Notes: a model not told the origin generated them from the sequence alone. Counted from the stretch's first letter, positions 36,498 through 46,810 are shown. The stretch: DNA of 64,000 nucleotides from Acaryochloridaceae cyanobacterium VAR_48_metabat_390 (GCA_031422435.1 JANPLU010000016.1:1-64000), one strand, 5' to 3'. Numbers and translations are program-made.

Positions 36498-36752
36498 TTA
36501 AGGGGATTTTTTAGGCACGGCTGAAGGTGACACTGTGGGGGTAACGGTTGCGGTCACTGTGGGCGAGCCTGTTGCAGAAATAGTTGGAGTCACCGTCGCA
36601 GAAACGGTTGGCGACCCAGCAGGGGATGCAGGGGTCGTTGCGGCAGGAGACATTTCTGGAGAGGCTGCTGGCGTTTCTGAACCTGAGCCACAAGCGCTGA
36701 GGGGCAGTAAAAGACTCATTGCAGATACAACAGCAATCAACTTACTCTTCAT
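36498..36752 (-). CDS. Ser/Pro/Thr-rich small lipoprotein (84 aa)
   Basis: MKSKLIAVVSAMSLLLPLSAC (lipobox LSAC), then low-complexity SP/TP repeats. Confidence 0.8.
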   Translation of the reverse strand: MKSKLIAVVSAMSLLLPLSACGSGSETPAASPEMSPAATTPASPAGSPTVSATVTPTISATGSPTVTATVTPTVSPSAVPKKSP

Positions 36753-36863
36753 AAAAAGTTTAAACACAACTAATGGAAATAAATTCTCTATCGAGCATTC
36801 CTACTTTGTCAATCTTCAAATTCATGTTTGTAGAATTTAATTGAATTGACCAGGGATGCCTGC

Positions 36864-37529
36864 TTAGTTTACTTCAGAGTGATGCGTTTGATGAAGATAG
36901 TCAAAGACGGTTTTGTCGCCAATGTCGGGGGGGATAGACTGTGTGTCTTTATCTAGGGCAAACCATAGAAACAGAATGGCCCAGGTCCCTAGCAGTCCTT
37001 TTTCAATGGGGACTGGGAGCGCGCCTAACCAGTGACCAAGCAGCAGCACGGGAACCAGCAGTATTAATGCTTTGGCCTGAGGCCGATTAAAGCAAAAGGC
37101 TTCTTTGACAAACAGCCCTGTGAGGGCAACAAATACAAACCCTACGCCCATTAACTCAATGGCAAAGGGTGGATAAAGCGTTGTGACGAGAGCCTGAGGC
37201 TGAAGGATAAATACGGTTAGTGCTGTGGCACACCCAAAGCCCCAGCAAAGCTGAAGCGCAATATGAAGCGGTTTAAGGTAGATATGAATTGTCCACAGGC
37301 AAAGCCCCAATGCGGCACAGAATAGTGCAAATAACAGATCGAGCGCTACGGCTAGTCTGGGCTGGAAATTCCACCCTAAGATTAGAACTGTGCCGAGTCC
37401 AAGGGCGATCGCCGCAGTGGTTAGCCCAGCACGATACAAGACAACGCCCAATCGATCTTGGGCTGTTACCGTAAACGTTCCAAACTGTCCTTGATAAACT
37501 TCACCAGTCTCTTGCAGCCATGCCACCAT
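36864..37529 (-). CDS. DUF2301 integral membrane protein
   Basis: YQGQFG.F.V...DR..V..YR, IHIYL.PLH, KEAFCF.R, DIGDK.VF. Confidence 0.85.
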   Translation of the reverse strand: MVAWLQETGEVYQGQFGTFTVTAQDRLGVVLYRAGLTTAAIALGLGTVLILGWNFQPRLAVALDLLFALFCAALGLCLWTIHIYLKPLHIALQLCWGFGCATALTVFILQPQALVTTLYPPFAIELMGVGFVFVALTGLFVKEAFCFNRPQAKALILLVPVLLLGHWLGALPVPIEKGLLGTWAILFLWFALDKDTQSIPPDIGDKTVFDYLHQTHHSEVN

Positions 37530-37955
37530 AGAGCGCCTCTTTTGGATGTTGAATGGGGTGAACTTCTCTTAGATTAGGCCATCTGAAGGGTAAGTAGCGG
37601 AGGATAGTTCCGTAGATCTACCGATGGCAGCCGACTTTTGACGCAAAATATAGACTCTACATATTTCTTTCTAGAAAGAAATTTATATTTTGTGGTTCAG
37701 TTTGAGTAAAACCAGTGCCCAAATGGGGCAACATAGAAACACAAAAGAAAGAAGATGGCGTTCACGTAAGCATCTCAGGATTTCGCAGCGTTAGCTCCTC
37801 ATCACAAATATGCATATATGTAAAATTACCTAAGTAGTTGTGCGGACAATCTAACAAGATTTCTCCGCTAAAACCCGTGTTTTAACGATGGCTTTGAGGG
37901 TGGGGTCTGTCGATAATGAGACTCAATGGTTCATCAATGAAAGCGGATACCCACC

Positions 37956-38759
37956 ATGGCTTACCAAACTTCTTCCCATTCCCAAACCATCGAACTGCTT
38001 ATGGCCTATCGCCAACGTCCGACCGTGCAGTTGCGCAATCGTCTTGTAAAGCTCAACTTGGGTTTGGTTCGTAAGGTGGCTCATCGTTTATCTCACCAGT
38101 GTGCTGAACCCTACGAAGATCTTGAGCAGTGTGGCTATCTGGGTCTGATTACGGCGATTGAGCGGTTTGACCCATCTCAAGGCTATGCCTTTAGCTCTTT
38201 TGCCGTGCCCTATATTCGGGGCGAAATTCTCCACTTCCTAAGAGATCGTGCTAACACGGTTCGCATTCCTCGTCGCTGGCAGCAGTTGAGCCGTGATGGA
38301 GAAAAAGCCAGACAGGTTTTGACAGTAGACTTAGGCCGTCAGCCCAATGACCAAGAAATTGCGATCGCGCTCCAGGTTGACCTCAATGAATGGCGCTCTG
38401 TCAAACTTGCTTCTTCTAACCGAGTGCCGTTGAGCCTCAATGCACGCGTCCCCTCCAGCAGCCATCAGCAGACCGATTCTGCGATGACCTTGGGTGATAC
38501 CCTCATGGATATTCGTACTTCGATTCAGCAAGGCAATGAAGAAGAGCGTTTGGAGCTTCAGCACGCCCTAAACCAGCTTGAAGAAAAGACTCGTGAAATG
38601 ATTGAGTCGGTATTCTTGCATCAGCACTCTCGACAAGAAGTGGCTGCCCGTATTGGTGTTAGCCCTGTGACCGTCACGCGCCGCATTAAGAAAGGGATTG
38701 AGGAACTGGTTGGATTGCTTCATCATCAGTCTGCTTTAACCGTTTCGGCTGAAGCCTAG
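37956..38759 (+). CDS. sigF: RNA polymerase sigma factor SigF
   Basis: RNRLVKLNLGLVRKVAH...CAEPYEDLEQ.G, FSSFAVPYIRGEILHFLRD, VRIPRRW, region 4 HTH GVSPVTVTR. Confidence 0.93.
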   Translation: MAYQTSSHSQTIELLMAYRQRPTVQLRNRLVKLNLGLVRKVAHRLSHQCAEPYEDLEQCGYLGLITAIERFDPSQGYAFSSFAVPYIRGEILHFLRDRANTVRIPRRWQQLSRDGEKARQVLTVDLGRQPNDQEIAIALQVDLNEWRSVKLASSNRVPLSLNARVPSSSHQQTDSAMTLGDTLMDIRTSIQQGNEEERLELQHALNQLEEKTREMIESVFLHQHSRQEVAARIGVSPVTVTRRIKKGIEELVGLLHHQSALTVSAEA

Positions 38760-38869
38760 GCTTGAGAGGGGCGTATGTTGCCAAAGTCTGACGATTCTCG
38801 GTAGACACCAACGCAAATTGACTTACATAATGATCACAGTCTTAAAAACCACAAGTCCTCGATGGACTC

Positions 38870-39166
38870 TTGGGGGCTGTTGTTATAGATGAGTTTTTGA
38901 CTGTGAATGCTCGGCATCTTCCCCATACTACGGCTCATGTCCGCGTGACTCGGCATTCTTGGCAAGATGGTCAAATTGCCGGAGAGGTGATTGCTAGCCA
39001 GTACGTGTGGCAGTTTCAGTGGGAGTTTAGGCAAGGTAAGCTGTTTGTCTCGCCTTCGTTGGGGCGATCGCTCATCATAGAGCCGCTGAACAGGTTTTTG
39101 GAGCAGCAAGACTATCGTCTAGAACCTGGTGGCGATTACTCGTTTCAAATTCGATCGCAGTTTTAA
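38870..39166 (+). CDS. DUF3146-family protein
   Basis: LP.TTAHVRV...SWQ.G...GEV.A..Y.W.F.W.F..G.L.V.PSLGR.LI.EPL.RFL...DY.LEPGGDY.F; exact start uncertain. Confidence 0.8.
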   Translation: MGAVVIDEFLTVNARHLPHTTAHVRVTRHSWQDGQIAGEVIASQYVWQFQWEFRQGKLFVSPSLGRSLIIEPLNRFLEQQDYRLEPGGDYSFQIRSQF

Positions 39167-39222
39167 GATTGACATTCTCGTCTGGCATTCTTGGCTGTGG
39201 TCATGATGGTTAGCCGCCGTCT

Positions 39223-39681
39223 CTAAATAGATTCTGCGACCTGTTTGAGCCGCAGGAGCTGAGCCTGCATATCTTTGTGCGTCCATTGAGCAGCAAAAGT
39301 CCGGAAGCCAAAGGCAATGACGGGGTTTGGTATTTGAAATTCAAATCGGTTTATAAGGCAGGTAAAATTCTGGTGGGGGATGCATTCCCAGCGGTCATTT
39401 CCCTTGAAAAAGCCGTTAAATTCCCAAACGACTAGCCCTAAACGCCGCTCAGTCACGACGCTTTGTAGGGCTGGATAGATGAGCGGAACCTGAAGAATAA
39501 ACTGACTTTTTGCGCCCACGGCGGTACTCCATTCGCCAAGAGGGTTACATTGCAGGGCTGGGTTGAGCCATTGGTGCATCAATAGGCGGTCGGTAATAGT
39601 ACGATCAACCGTCTCCAGTGGTGCGTTAATTTGAATGGTCTGCTCAAAAGTTTGGCGGTTAGTATTCATTGCTGAATTCAT
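39223..39681 (-). CDS. SRPBCC/polyketide-cyclase-like protein
   Basis: FEQ.I.I.A, LMH.WLNP, W.F.GFF.G.DRWEC, DM..QL.RLK..AE. Confidence 0.8.
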   Translation of the reverse strand: MNSAMNTNRQTFEQTIQINAPLETVDRTITDRLLMHQWLNPALQCNPLGEWSTAVGAKSQFILQVPLIYPALQSVVTERRLGLVVWEFNGFFKGNDRWECIPHQNFTCLINRFEFQIPNPVIAFGFRTFAAQWTHKDMQAQLLRLKQVAESI

Positions 39682-39871
39682 TGATTGAAAGGTGCCACAG
39701 GCATTGTGTTGGCTTCATCAAAGAATAGCAGCAGCTTATCGACAGTCCTAGCAGATGGATGGGTCTCGTCTAAATTTTTGTGCGATCGGCGCATGTAAAA
39801 GCGATCATTTATGTCTATGCTGATTTATTGCTGGACTTGAGCGTATTAGTTACGTAAGGAAGACGCCGATT

Positions 39872-40741
39872 ATGTTAAACCATCTTTTGGCTGGATTGAT
39901 GGGGCTGGGCGGGTTAAGCCTATTTTTATCGGGTTTCTTTTTCCCAGAAGTCCGACGAAAGACCGATTTTGCCTGGAGCGGTGTGGCTGTGCTCTACGCT
40001 CTGGTGTTATGGATTGAAAGCCATCAGCCCCCTAGCGGCGCACTTTTAGGGCATATTCTCAGCGTGGCGCTGATCGTCTGGTTTGGGTGGCAAACCCTTC
40101 AGCAACGTCAGCAGTCTACTGCATTAGAAGAAAGGACTGTAATTCCAAACTCTTTAGAGACTCTGACCCCATTTCTAAAAGCAGGTTGGATCCAGCTTAC
40201 GGTAGCCTATGGCAAAACCGTAAGCTGGATCCAAACCCAAATGGGTAATGACGACATAAACGTTGTGCCCGAATCACTTACCTCTCAATCGCCTCAAGAA
40301 GATGCGTGGGACGACAACACGTTTGCTGTTTCGACCCATTCCCCAACGCCTGTAGTCGCTGCTGAAACCCCAGAACAGTTAGAAGCTGAGCCAATCACCC
40401 CTACCGAAGCTAAACCCCTTCAAGCCGGAGCAGACCTTCAGCATAATTTACCCCATCTAAAGCCTGAAGAATTACAGGATGCACCGCCGCAAGTTTCCCC
40501 AGACTCACCCGGAGGCGAAGAAAACAGCCCCCCTTCTGCCATAACAGATAGCGCCTCTGCATCAGCGTCTGAAATCAGCCACGATATCCCGGTTGAAGAG
40601 ATTGCTGCCGAGTCCAAATTAGCACCCCTGGATGAAGAGCAAGATATTCCAGATGAAGGAACGATGCATGAAGACGTCACCCGCACCCCAACGCCAGAAG
40701 ACGATGATGAATCCTGGCCTCCCGAAGATCCAGTTACCTAG
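39872..40741 (+). CDS. Ycf66-family protein with acidic, Pro-rich tail
   Basis: Three N-terminal TMs with FFFPEV.RK.DF.WSGV...YALVLW; disordered C-terminus. Confidence 0.8.
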   Translation: MLNHLLAGLMGLGGLSLFLSGFFFPEVRRKTDFAWSGVAVLYALVLWIESHQPPSGALLGHILSVALIVWFGWQTLQQRQQSTALEERTVIPNSLETLTPFLKAGWIQLTVAYGKTVSWIQTQMGNDDINVVPESLTSQSPQEDAWDDNTFAVSTHSPTPVVAAETPEQLEAEPITPTEAKPLQAGADLQHNLPHLKPEELQDAPPQVSPDSPGGEENSPPSAITDSASASASEISHDIPVEEIAAESKLAPLDEEQDIPDEGTMHEDVTRTPTPEDDDESWPPEDPVT

Positions 40742-40833
40742 AGCCAATAACCTAAACAGTTTGATTGATTTTCATTCAATGGTTGCCTCGCTGTTGTTAT
40801 CTTCCGCAGTTAAAGATGCCTTGTAGGGTGTCG

Positions 40834-42504
40834 CTATTTGTGTTTGAGAAATGATGGTAGACGGCTCTGTAAGCGGGTGATAGAGAGATTAACCTCAGGA
40901 ATCCCTAAGCGGGCTGCTAACCCTCCAAAGAGCAGTAGCCCTATTAGGCCAGCAAGGGAAAGTTCGAGCAACAGCAGCACTTCATTTTCTTGAGCGCCCG
41001 ACAAGAGTTGCATTCCTCTCAAGCTGCCCCAACTGGCGGCCCCTGCTAAGGCACTGGCAATGGTCAACCCTGTGATGGGCTTAATCCAGGACTTGAGATT
41101 TAGCCCATGCAGCCGTCGATTTAAGATCCACAGCAGTGCCGCCATTGAAAATACGTTGACGCTGACCGTGGCATAGACCAGTCCAGGTGCGCCAAAGTCA
41201 AAAAATCGCACAAAGATGTAGTCCATCAAGGCGTTGATGCCAATGTTGATCATGCTGATGCGAAAGGGTGTGTCGCCATCGCCTAGGGCGTAGAATACGC
41301 GCACTAAGACATCTCGCCCTAGATACACAAACATACCTAAGCTGTAGGCAATCAGTACGGGCGCAACCAACTGTGAGGCTTCGCGGCTAAAGGCATAGCG
41401 CTCATACACAACTTTTACAATCGGAAATGCTAGCGCCATCATGAGCGCCCCAATGGGCAGCATGATGACAGCCGTTAACATAATGCCTTGGCGGATTCGG
41501 CTCTTGAGTTCTGGCCAGTCTTGAGGATCGGTTAGTCGAGAAAATATGGGCAGTAATGGCACTAGAATCATGTTGGACAAAATGCCCAGCGGTGCCTGTA
41601 CTAAAAGCGTGGAATAGGTTAGCGCTGAGGCTGCCCCTGGAATGAAGGAGGCAAAGAACAGATCGGTATAGACATTGATAAACATCATGCCTGAGGAAAA
41701 GGTTGCAGGGCCTAAAAGCCGCAATACCTCTTGTATCCCAGGATCGCGAACATTAAACCGGAGACGCAAACCTCCCATCTGGGCGCGTACTTGCGCTGGA
41801 ATCTGAACGAGCCACTGTAAAACTGCGCCAGCTAAGGTTCCATAGGCCAGCACTAGGCCTCCTAATTGGGCGTGCTGTGGGTCGACGATTTTGCCCCCCA
41901 AGGTCAAACTTAACCAACCCACTCCTAAGATGACTGTTAGGCTAGACAGCAGTGGGCTAATGGAGGGAAGCCAATACTCGTCAGCAGCATTGAGGCTACC
42001 AAAGCCAATGCCAATGAGTCCGGCAAAAAGTGCCATTGGAGCCATGATGCGGAGCTGAAGAATCGCAATCTCACGGGTTTGCTCAATGACCTGGAAGCTA
42101 GCGGGATCTTTGGCCTGTTCTGCTGTAATGAATAAACCAGCGGCCACTAGGTGCAGCATAGGTTCGGCAAAAACCATTAGGGCAAGAGTGAACAAGATTA
42201 AAATTCCACTCACGACGGTCGTGATGGTTTCGACGAGTGGAGCCGCCTCTGCTTTGGAGCGCTTTGCCAATACACTGACAATTGAGCTATGAAATGGCCC
42301 GTTAATGCCCCCTAACAAAATCAAGAAAAAGCCAGGGATGACAGAAGAAAAGTTATAGGCTTCGTAAGCTGGCCCTGTGCCAAAGGCTGCGGCAATGACC
42401 ACCTGCCGCAGCAGCCCCGCGACTTTACTAACGAGGGTGGCGATCGCCACAACGGCGGCGATATTGGTCAGAGAACGGCGGGGCGACTTTGACGATTCAC
42501 TCAC
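40834..42504 (-). CDS. murJ: Lipid II flippase MurJ (MviN)
   Basis: AT.VSK..GL.R, LLGGINGPFHS, RVFYALGD..TPF; many TMs. Confidence 0.95.
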   Translation of the reverse strand: MSESSKSPRRSLTNIAAVVAIATLVSKVAGLLRQVVIAAAFGTGPAYEAYNFSSVIPGFFLILLGGINGPFHSSIVSVLAKRSKAEAAPLVETITTVVSGILILFTLALMVFAEPMLHLVAAGLFITAEQAKDPASFQVIEQTREIAILQLRIMAPMALFAGLIGIGFGSLNAADEYWLPSISPLLSSLTVILGVGWLSLTLGGKIVDPQHAQLGGLVLAYGTLAGAVLQWLVQIPAQVRAQMGGLRLRFNVRDPGIQEVLRLLGPATFSSGMMFINVYTDLFFASFIPGAASALTYSTLLVQAPLGILSNMILVPLLPIFSRLTDPQDWPELKSRIRQGIMLTAVIMLPIGALMMALAFPIVKVVYERYAFSREASQLVAPVLIAYSLGMFVYLGRDVLVRVFYALGDGDTPFRISMINIGINALMDYIFVRFFDFGAPGLVYATVSVNVFSMAALLWILNRRLHGLNLKSWIKPITGLTIASALAGAASWGSLRGMQLLSGAQENEVLLLLELSLAGLIGLLLFGGLAARLGIPEVNLSITRLQSRLPSFLKHK

Positions 42505-42757
42505 AGATGGCTATGCCCAAGAATAAACATTCACCTATTTAAGCGCGTGTGCTGTCCGAATGAACCTTAGACTTTCGGAAAACTGTAATTTTAATGAAGA
42601 ACTGACTGCTGCATTACCGCTGCTCGAAGAATGAAGTCAGTAATGTCATCAATGCCCGTCCTTAATGGGAAGTCTGGCGATCTCACACTTTCGGCGATCG
42701 CAAGGTCGTAGCCGCACAGCTTCGTTTTTTGACCAGTCCTTAGCCACTAAATTGGAA

Positions 42758-43366
42758 CTACTGTACTAGCCACTGCCACAGTCTCAATAAAGCATCCACC
42801 CCAAAATATCCCATGCCAAACACTGCCACCGTAATCACCACCGTCATGCCATAGCTGACGCACATCAGCAGACCATCCGCTTCCAGCATGGCAAACACAA
42901 ACAGCAAAATGCCCACCGTTGGGATCGGGTTCGTGAACGGAATCGGCAGCATGAGCAAAAACGCCAGCCAGCAAATGCATAGCCCGTTAATGCGCCAGAT
43001 CGAAGGATTATTTGCCAGCCAGGGCATCCTGGGGCGCACAAACTTTTCCAGCAGCTTTGTAATCGACTGCATCACCTTAAGCAGCTTCTCCATAAAAGCG
43101 GGGGGAAGCTTTAGATTTGCAACGCGCTTGGGGAGCCAAGGAGCTTTCCACCCCGCCAGCATCTGTAGCCCCAGCAAAATGCATCCGCTCCCAGAAATAG
43201 TAGAAACCCCAGGCGGCATGGGCAGCAAAAACGGCAGCGCCAACAGCGCCATCACTAAACCAAAGCTTTGCTCTGAGGTTTCTTCTAACAGTTCAGCCAG
43301 CGTGACGGATTGGGTTGCGGAACGCTCAATGAGTGGCTTCAGTTCTTGAGAGAATTTAAGATGCAT
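42758..43366 (-). CDS. exoD: ExoD-family exopolysaccharide synthesis protein
   Basis: FG....LLALPF.LP.PPG, PWLP, RPR, LP.PFTN.IP, E.DG. Confidence 0.88.
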   Translation of the reverse strand: MHLKFSQELKPLIERSATQSVTLAELLEETSEQSFGLVMALLALPFLLPMPPGVSTISGSGCILLGLQMLAGWKAPWLPKRVANLKLPPAFMEKLLKVMQSITKLLEKFVRPRMPWLANNPSIWRINGLCICWLAFLLMLPIPFTNPIPTVGILLFVFAMLEADGLLMCVSYGMTVVITVAVFGMGYFGVDALLRLWQWLVQ

Positions 43367-43502
43367 GGGTGGCGGCGGCGATGGCGTAATAAGGACGTTA
43401 AAAGATTGTGATTGATTCTGGCCCGTTTTGACAGCAAAAGTGTCGTCGTTACTCGAGGGTAAACCTATGTTTTAAATCTTTATAATAGATTTCTCTCTCA
43501 GC

Positions 43503-43937
43503 TTATTCTGACATCTGCATCTTGAGCAAAACTTTCAAAACGCCTCGTTGTTGGGCATGGCTAAATACTGTTAATCCATCTGCTAAAGGATAGCGCGTCT
43601 GAATTAAACCAGATACATCCATTTTTTGAGCAGTCAGTAGCTTAAGGATCTCTGGGAAAAGCCCACAGCGGGAGCCAATCAGCGTAATTTCATCCACCAC
43701 TAACGCAGATGCATCGAGACTTAGCTGTTCAGCATAGGTGCTTTTGAGTACCAAAGTACCGCGAGGCCGCAGCGATTTTAGGGCGATCGCAAAGCCTTTG
43801 GGGTTGCCTGTGCATTCCACTGCAATATCAAAATTGCGGTGCTGCACTGCATCCGCATATCCGGTGCGGATACCTCGTGCTTCAAGGTGGGCAAGTTTTT
43901 CTACATGTCGCCTTACCGCCAACAGATCGCATTCAGT
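43503..43937 (-). pseudogene. C-terminal remnant of a zinc-dependent (MDR) alcohol dehydrogenase
   Basis: FDIAVECTGNP.GF..A...LRPRGTLVLKSTY, VVDEITLIGSRCG.F, GVLKVLL; the N-terminal zinc-binding domain and glycine motif are absent and upstream sequence is unrelated. Confidence 0.8.
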
Positions 43938-44111
43938 GAACCATTGTAAACTAGCCAATCTGCTGACTCTAGGCCGCACAGCACAGTAAAATGGCGGTAG
44001 CGACTTATGCGTGCGCAATTTTATAGGACCGGATCGCACAGGCGGTTGGTTTTGCAGACGTGAGCGATCGCCACAGCAAAGACTTCATGGTTTAGGGGCA
44101 TACATAGGGTG

Positions 44112-46667
44112 ATGGACTATCAGCTAATTTCAGTGGCTTCGGCGATCGCAGTTGTCATCGGGCTGGTGCTTAGCCTTCGATTTCGGAGCCAGCGGGGAGC
44201 GGCACAGTCTGCCTTAGCCGCAGCCGATTCAGAGAAGACAGCGCTACAAAGCAGGGTAGAGAAGCTGACCCAAGAAAGAACTGCGCTTACAGAAGCCATG
44301 AGTCTTGCAAAGCAGGTCGTCACGGCCTTAGAGCAAGACGTGGCGGCACTCACCCAATCTAAAGAAACGCTGCTGCAAGAGAAGGCAGTTGAGCAACAAA
44401 ATAGTGCTAATCTTCAAGCTAAAGTTGCAAATCTTCGCCAGCAACAGCAGCAGACTGAGCAGAACTTAACGGCAGCACAAGCTAAGCTCACTACGGTGCA
44501 GGCAGAACTTGAAAGCTTGAGTCAAGCGAAAACTCAGCTTGAAACCGAGCTGCAAACCAAACAAACCGACAATCAGGTGTTGCAGCAGCGCCTTGATGAA
44601 GCCTCCCAGATCCAGCAAAAACTCCAGACCCATCTACAAACAGCGCTTCAAGAAACAGAATCGAGAGATCAACAGATCCACAACCTGACCCAAACCCACG
44701 ATCAGCTTGAACAAACGCATCGTACAGCCCAGACCCAAATCACTGAATTGGAGCAGCAGCTCACCCAACTCCGGCAGCAAGCCCAACGGGATAATGATGC
44801 CTTCCAAACTGAAAATGCAGCGTTTCAGGCACGTCTGAAGGTATTGGCTCAAGCGGAACAAGATCTAAAGCAGGCTCAAGCCAAACTGACCCAACTCGAA
44901 CAAGCCATAAGTCAGGTGTCTGAGGAACGGGGGGCACTCACGCTAACCCTGACCACCGCCCAGTCACAGGTAAAATCTTTAGAATCTGATCTAGAGAATC
45001 TTCAGCAACAGCGCCAGCAGTTGACGGAAGAACTTCAGCAAGCTCGAGCTGAAACCACTGGGCTGCAAGATCAGGTAACGACCTTAGATCAGAATCACCA
45101 GCGCACCCTAACCGAACTTGAAGCGCAGCATCAAACGGCGATCGCTCAGCTACAGCATCAGCTAGCAACGCTAGAACCCTACACCGCTCAGGTTGAAGAT
45201 CTCCAGGCACAGCTCCAAGCCGCCCAGAACGATCGCACGACTCTTCAGCAACAGGTAGATCGCCTCACGCAAACACAAGAGCGGCTTCAGCAAACCCAGC
45301 GCAGCGGAAACCAGTCCCTGACCACTCTCCAACAGAGGCTTCAGGATTTAGAATTCCAAAACGTGAAGCTGGAAAGCGATCTCCTCGAAATACAGGAGAT
45401 TGCGGCTGTTACCGAACAAACGCAAAGTAACCTTCAAACAGAGCTAGAAACCGCCCATCAAAACATCTCTACTCTTGAGAACAGCCTTGCTCAAGCCAAT
45501 GCGCTTGGGCAACAAGCGCAGGAGCTAGAACAAGAGCGCGATCGCCTGAACCAATCCCTCGCACAAATCCAAGCCAGCCTTACTGAACAAGAACAAGCCA
45601 AAGCCAACCTGGAAGCTTTACTACAAGTCACGGAATCCAAAGCAATTGAATTAAAGGCTCAGGTCGAGCAGTTCTCGCAAGCCCAAGCGCTGCATCAACA
45701 GGAACTTCAGGCGAGCCAAGCCACCATCGAAGACCTGACGCAGCAAATTCAAGTTTTAGCACAGCAGGAAGCGGCGCTAAAAACGGCTGCGGCACAGGGC
45801 GAAACCTTAGCACCGCAGCTTGTGGCGCTAGAACAAGAACGCGATCGCCTTAGTCAAGAACTTAAAGCGGCTCAATCCGCACTGTCTGAGCAAGAACAAG
45901 CCAAGGCGAACTTAGAAAACTTACTGCAAAAGGCTCAAGCCCAAAAAGGTGCTTTAGAAACTGAGTTGCAGCAGTTAACGCAAGCCGAGACGACTTCCCA
46001 CGCAGATGTCCAGTCTCATCAAACTGCCCTGGAAACCCTCACTCAGCAGATTCAAGCCCTAGAGCAAGAAAAGACAAAACAGGCAGAGAAGTTAGAAACG
46101 GCGATCGCCCAAACGCAAACCCTTACGCCTCAACTTCAGGCGCTTCAGCAAGAACGTGACGAGATGGAACGGGGGCTGACGGAAGCCAGTACCGTGGTGG
46201 ATACCCTAGAGCAAAAGGTTGAAACCCTGCAAAAAGAAAAAGGACAGTTGGCTGAAGCCATGAAGATGGCAAAGGATGTGGTTGCCTTTTTAGAACAGCA
46301 GGTAAAGGATTTAAGTCAGCAAAAAGCAAATCCGCCTCAAATGCCCCAAACCTCTCAGGCAGTAGCGGAACCCAAAACAGAGCCTAAACCCATCGAAGAA
46401 GCGGACTTATCGCCTTCTAGCGCAGGATCTACGAGTAGACCATTAGAAGGAAAAACCTTTGTAATTACAGGGAAGCTCCTGGCGCTGAGTTTTGAGCAGT
46501 CTAAAGCCCTCATTGAAGCAGCAGGAGGGCAGATTAATGAGCATCCTAGCTCCCAAACCAGCTATGTGGTTGTGGGCACAAACCCTGGCAAAAAGCTCAA
46601 AAAAGCAGAGAAATACGGCACCCCACAGCTTACAGAAACCCAGCTTCTAGAACTATTAGAGCCGTAG
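44112..46667 (+). CDS. Membrane-anchored long coiled-coil protein with C-terminal BRCT domain
   Basis: N-terminal TM (ISVASAIAVVIGLVLSL), about 700 aa of Q/E/L/A heptads, then LEGKTFVITGKL...IEAAGG.....S..TSYVVVG..PG.KL.KA..YG.P.L.E. Confidence 0.85.
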   Translation: MDYQLISVASAIAVVIGLVLSLRFRSQRGAAQSALAAADSEKTALQSRVEKLTQERTALTEAMSLAKQVVTALEQDVAALTQSKETLLQEKAVEQQNSANLQAKVANLRQQQQQTEQNLTAAQAKLTTVQAELESLSQAKTQLETELQTKQTDNQVLQQRLDEASQIQQKLQTHLQTALQETESRDQQIHNLTQTHDQLEQTHRTAQTQITELEQQLTQLRQQAQRDNDAFQTENAAFQARLKVLAQAEQDLKQAQAKLTQLEQAISQVSEERGALTLTLTTAQSQVKSLESDLENLQQQRQQLTEELQQARAETTGLQDQVTTLDQNHQRTLTELEAQHQTAIAQLQHQLATLEPYTAQVEDLQAQLQAAQNDRTTLQQQVDRLTQTQERLQQTQRSGNQSLTTLQQRLQDLEFQNVKLESDLLEIQEIAAVTEQTQSNLQTELETAHQNISTLENSLAQANALGQQAQELEQERDRLNQSLAQIQASLTEQEQAKANLEALLQVTESKAIELKAQVEQFSQAQALHQQELQASQATIEDLTQQIQVLAQQEAALKTAAAQGETLAPQLVALEQERDRLSQELKAAQSALSEQEQAKANLENLLQKAQAQKGALETELQQLTQAETTSHADVQSHQTALETLTQQIQALEQEKTKQAEKLETAIAQTQTLTPQLQALQQERDEMERGLTEASTVVDTLEQKVETLQKEKGQLAEAMKMAKDVVAFLEQQVKDLSQQKANPPQMPQTSQAVAEPKTEPKPIEEADLSPSSAGSTSRPLEGKTFVITGKLLALSFEQSKALIEAAGGQINEHPSSQTSYVVVGTNPGKKLKKAEKYGTPQLTETQLLELLEP

Positions 46668-46810
46668 AATCATCTGCTGCAAAGGCTCACTTTTGTAGAC
46701 AGCCTTTGGGCTAAAGAACATTCATTTTGACGGTCAAACGTGTACATTTGAGTGGGGGCAAAATTGCCTCCGTTCGCGGATAACTGCATATCAAAAGACA
46801 GGGGTACTGC

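Noticed and set aside
42601..42641. Imperfect hairpin ACTGACT...AGTCAGT upstream of murJ as a possible ncRNA
   Set aside because: Short stem with no recognisable RNA family; it could be the exoD terminator region.
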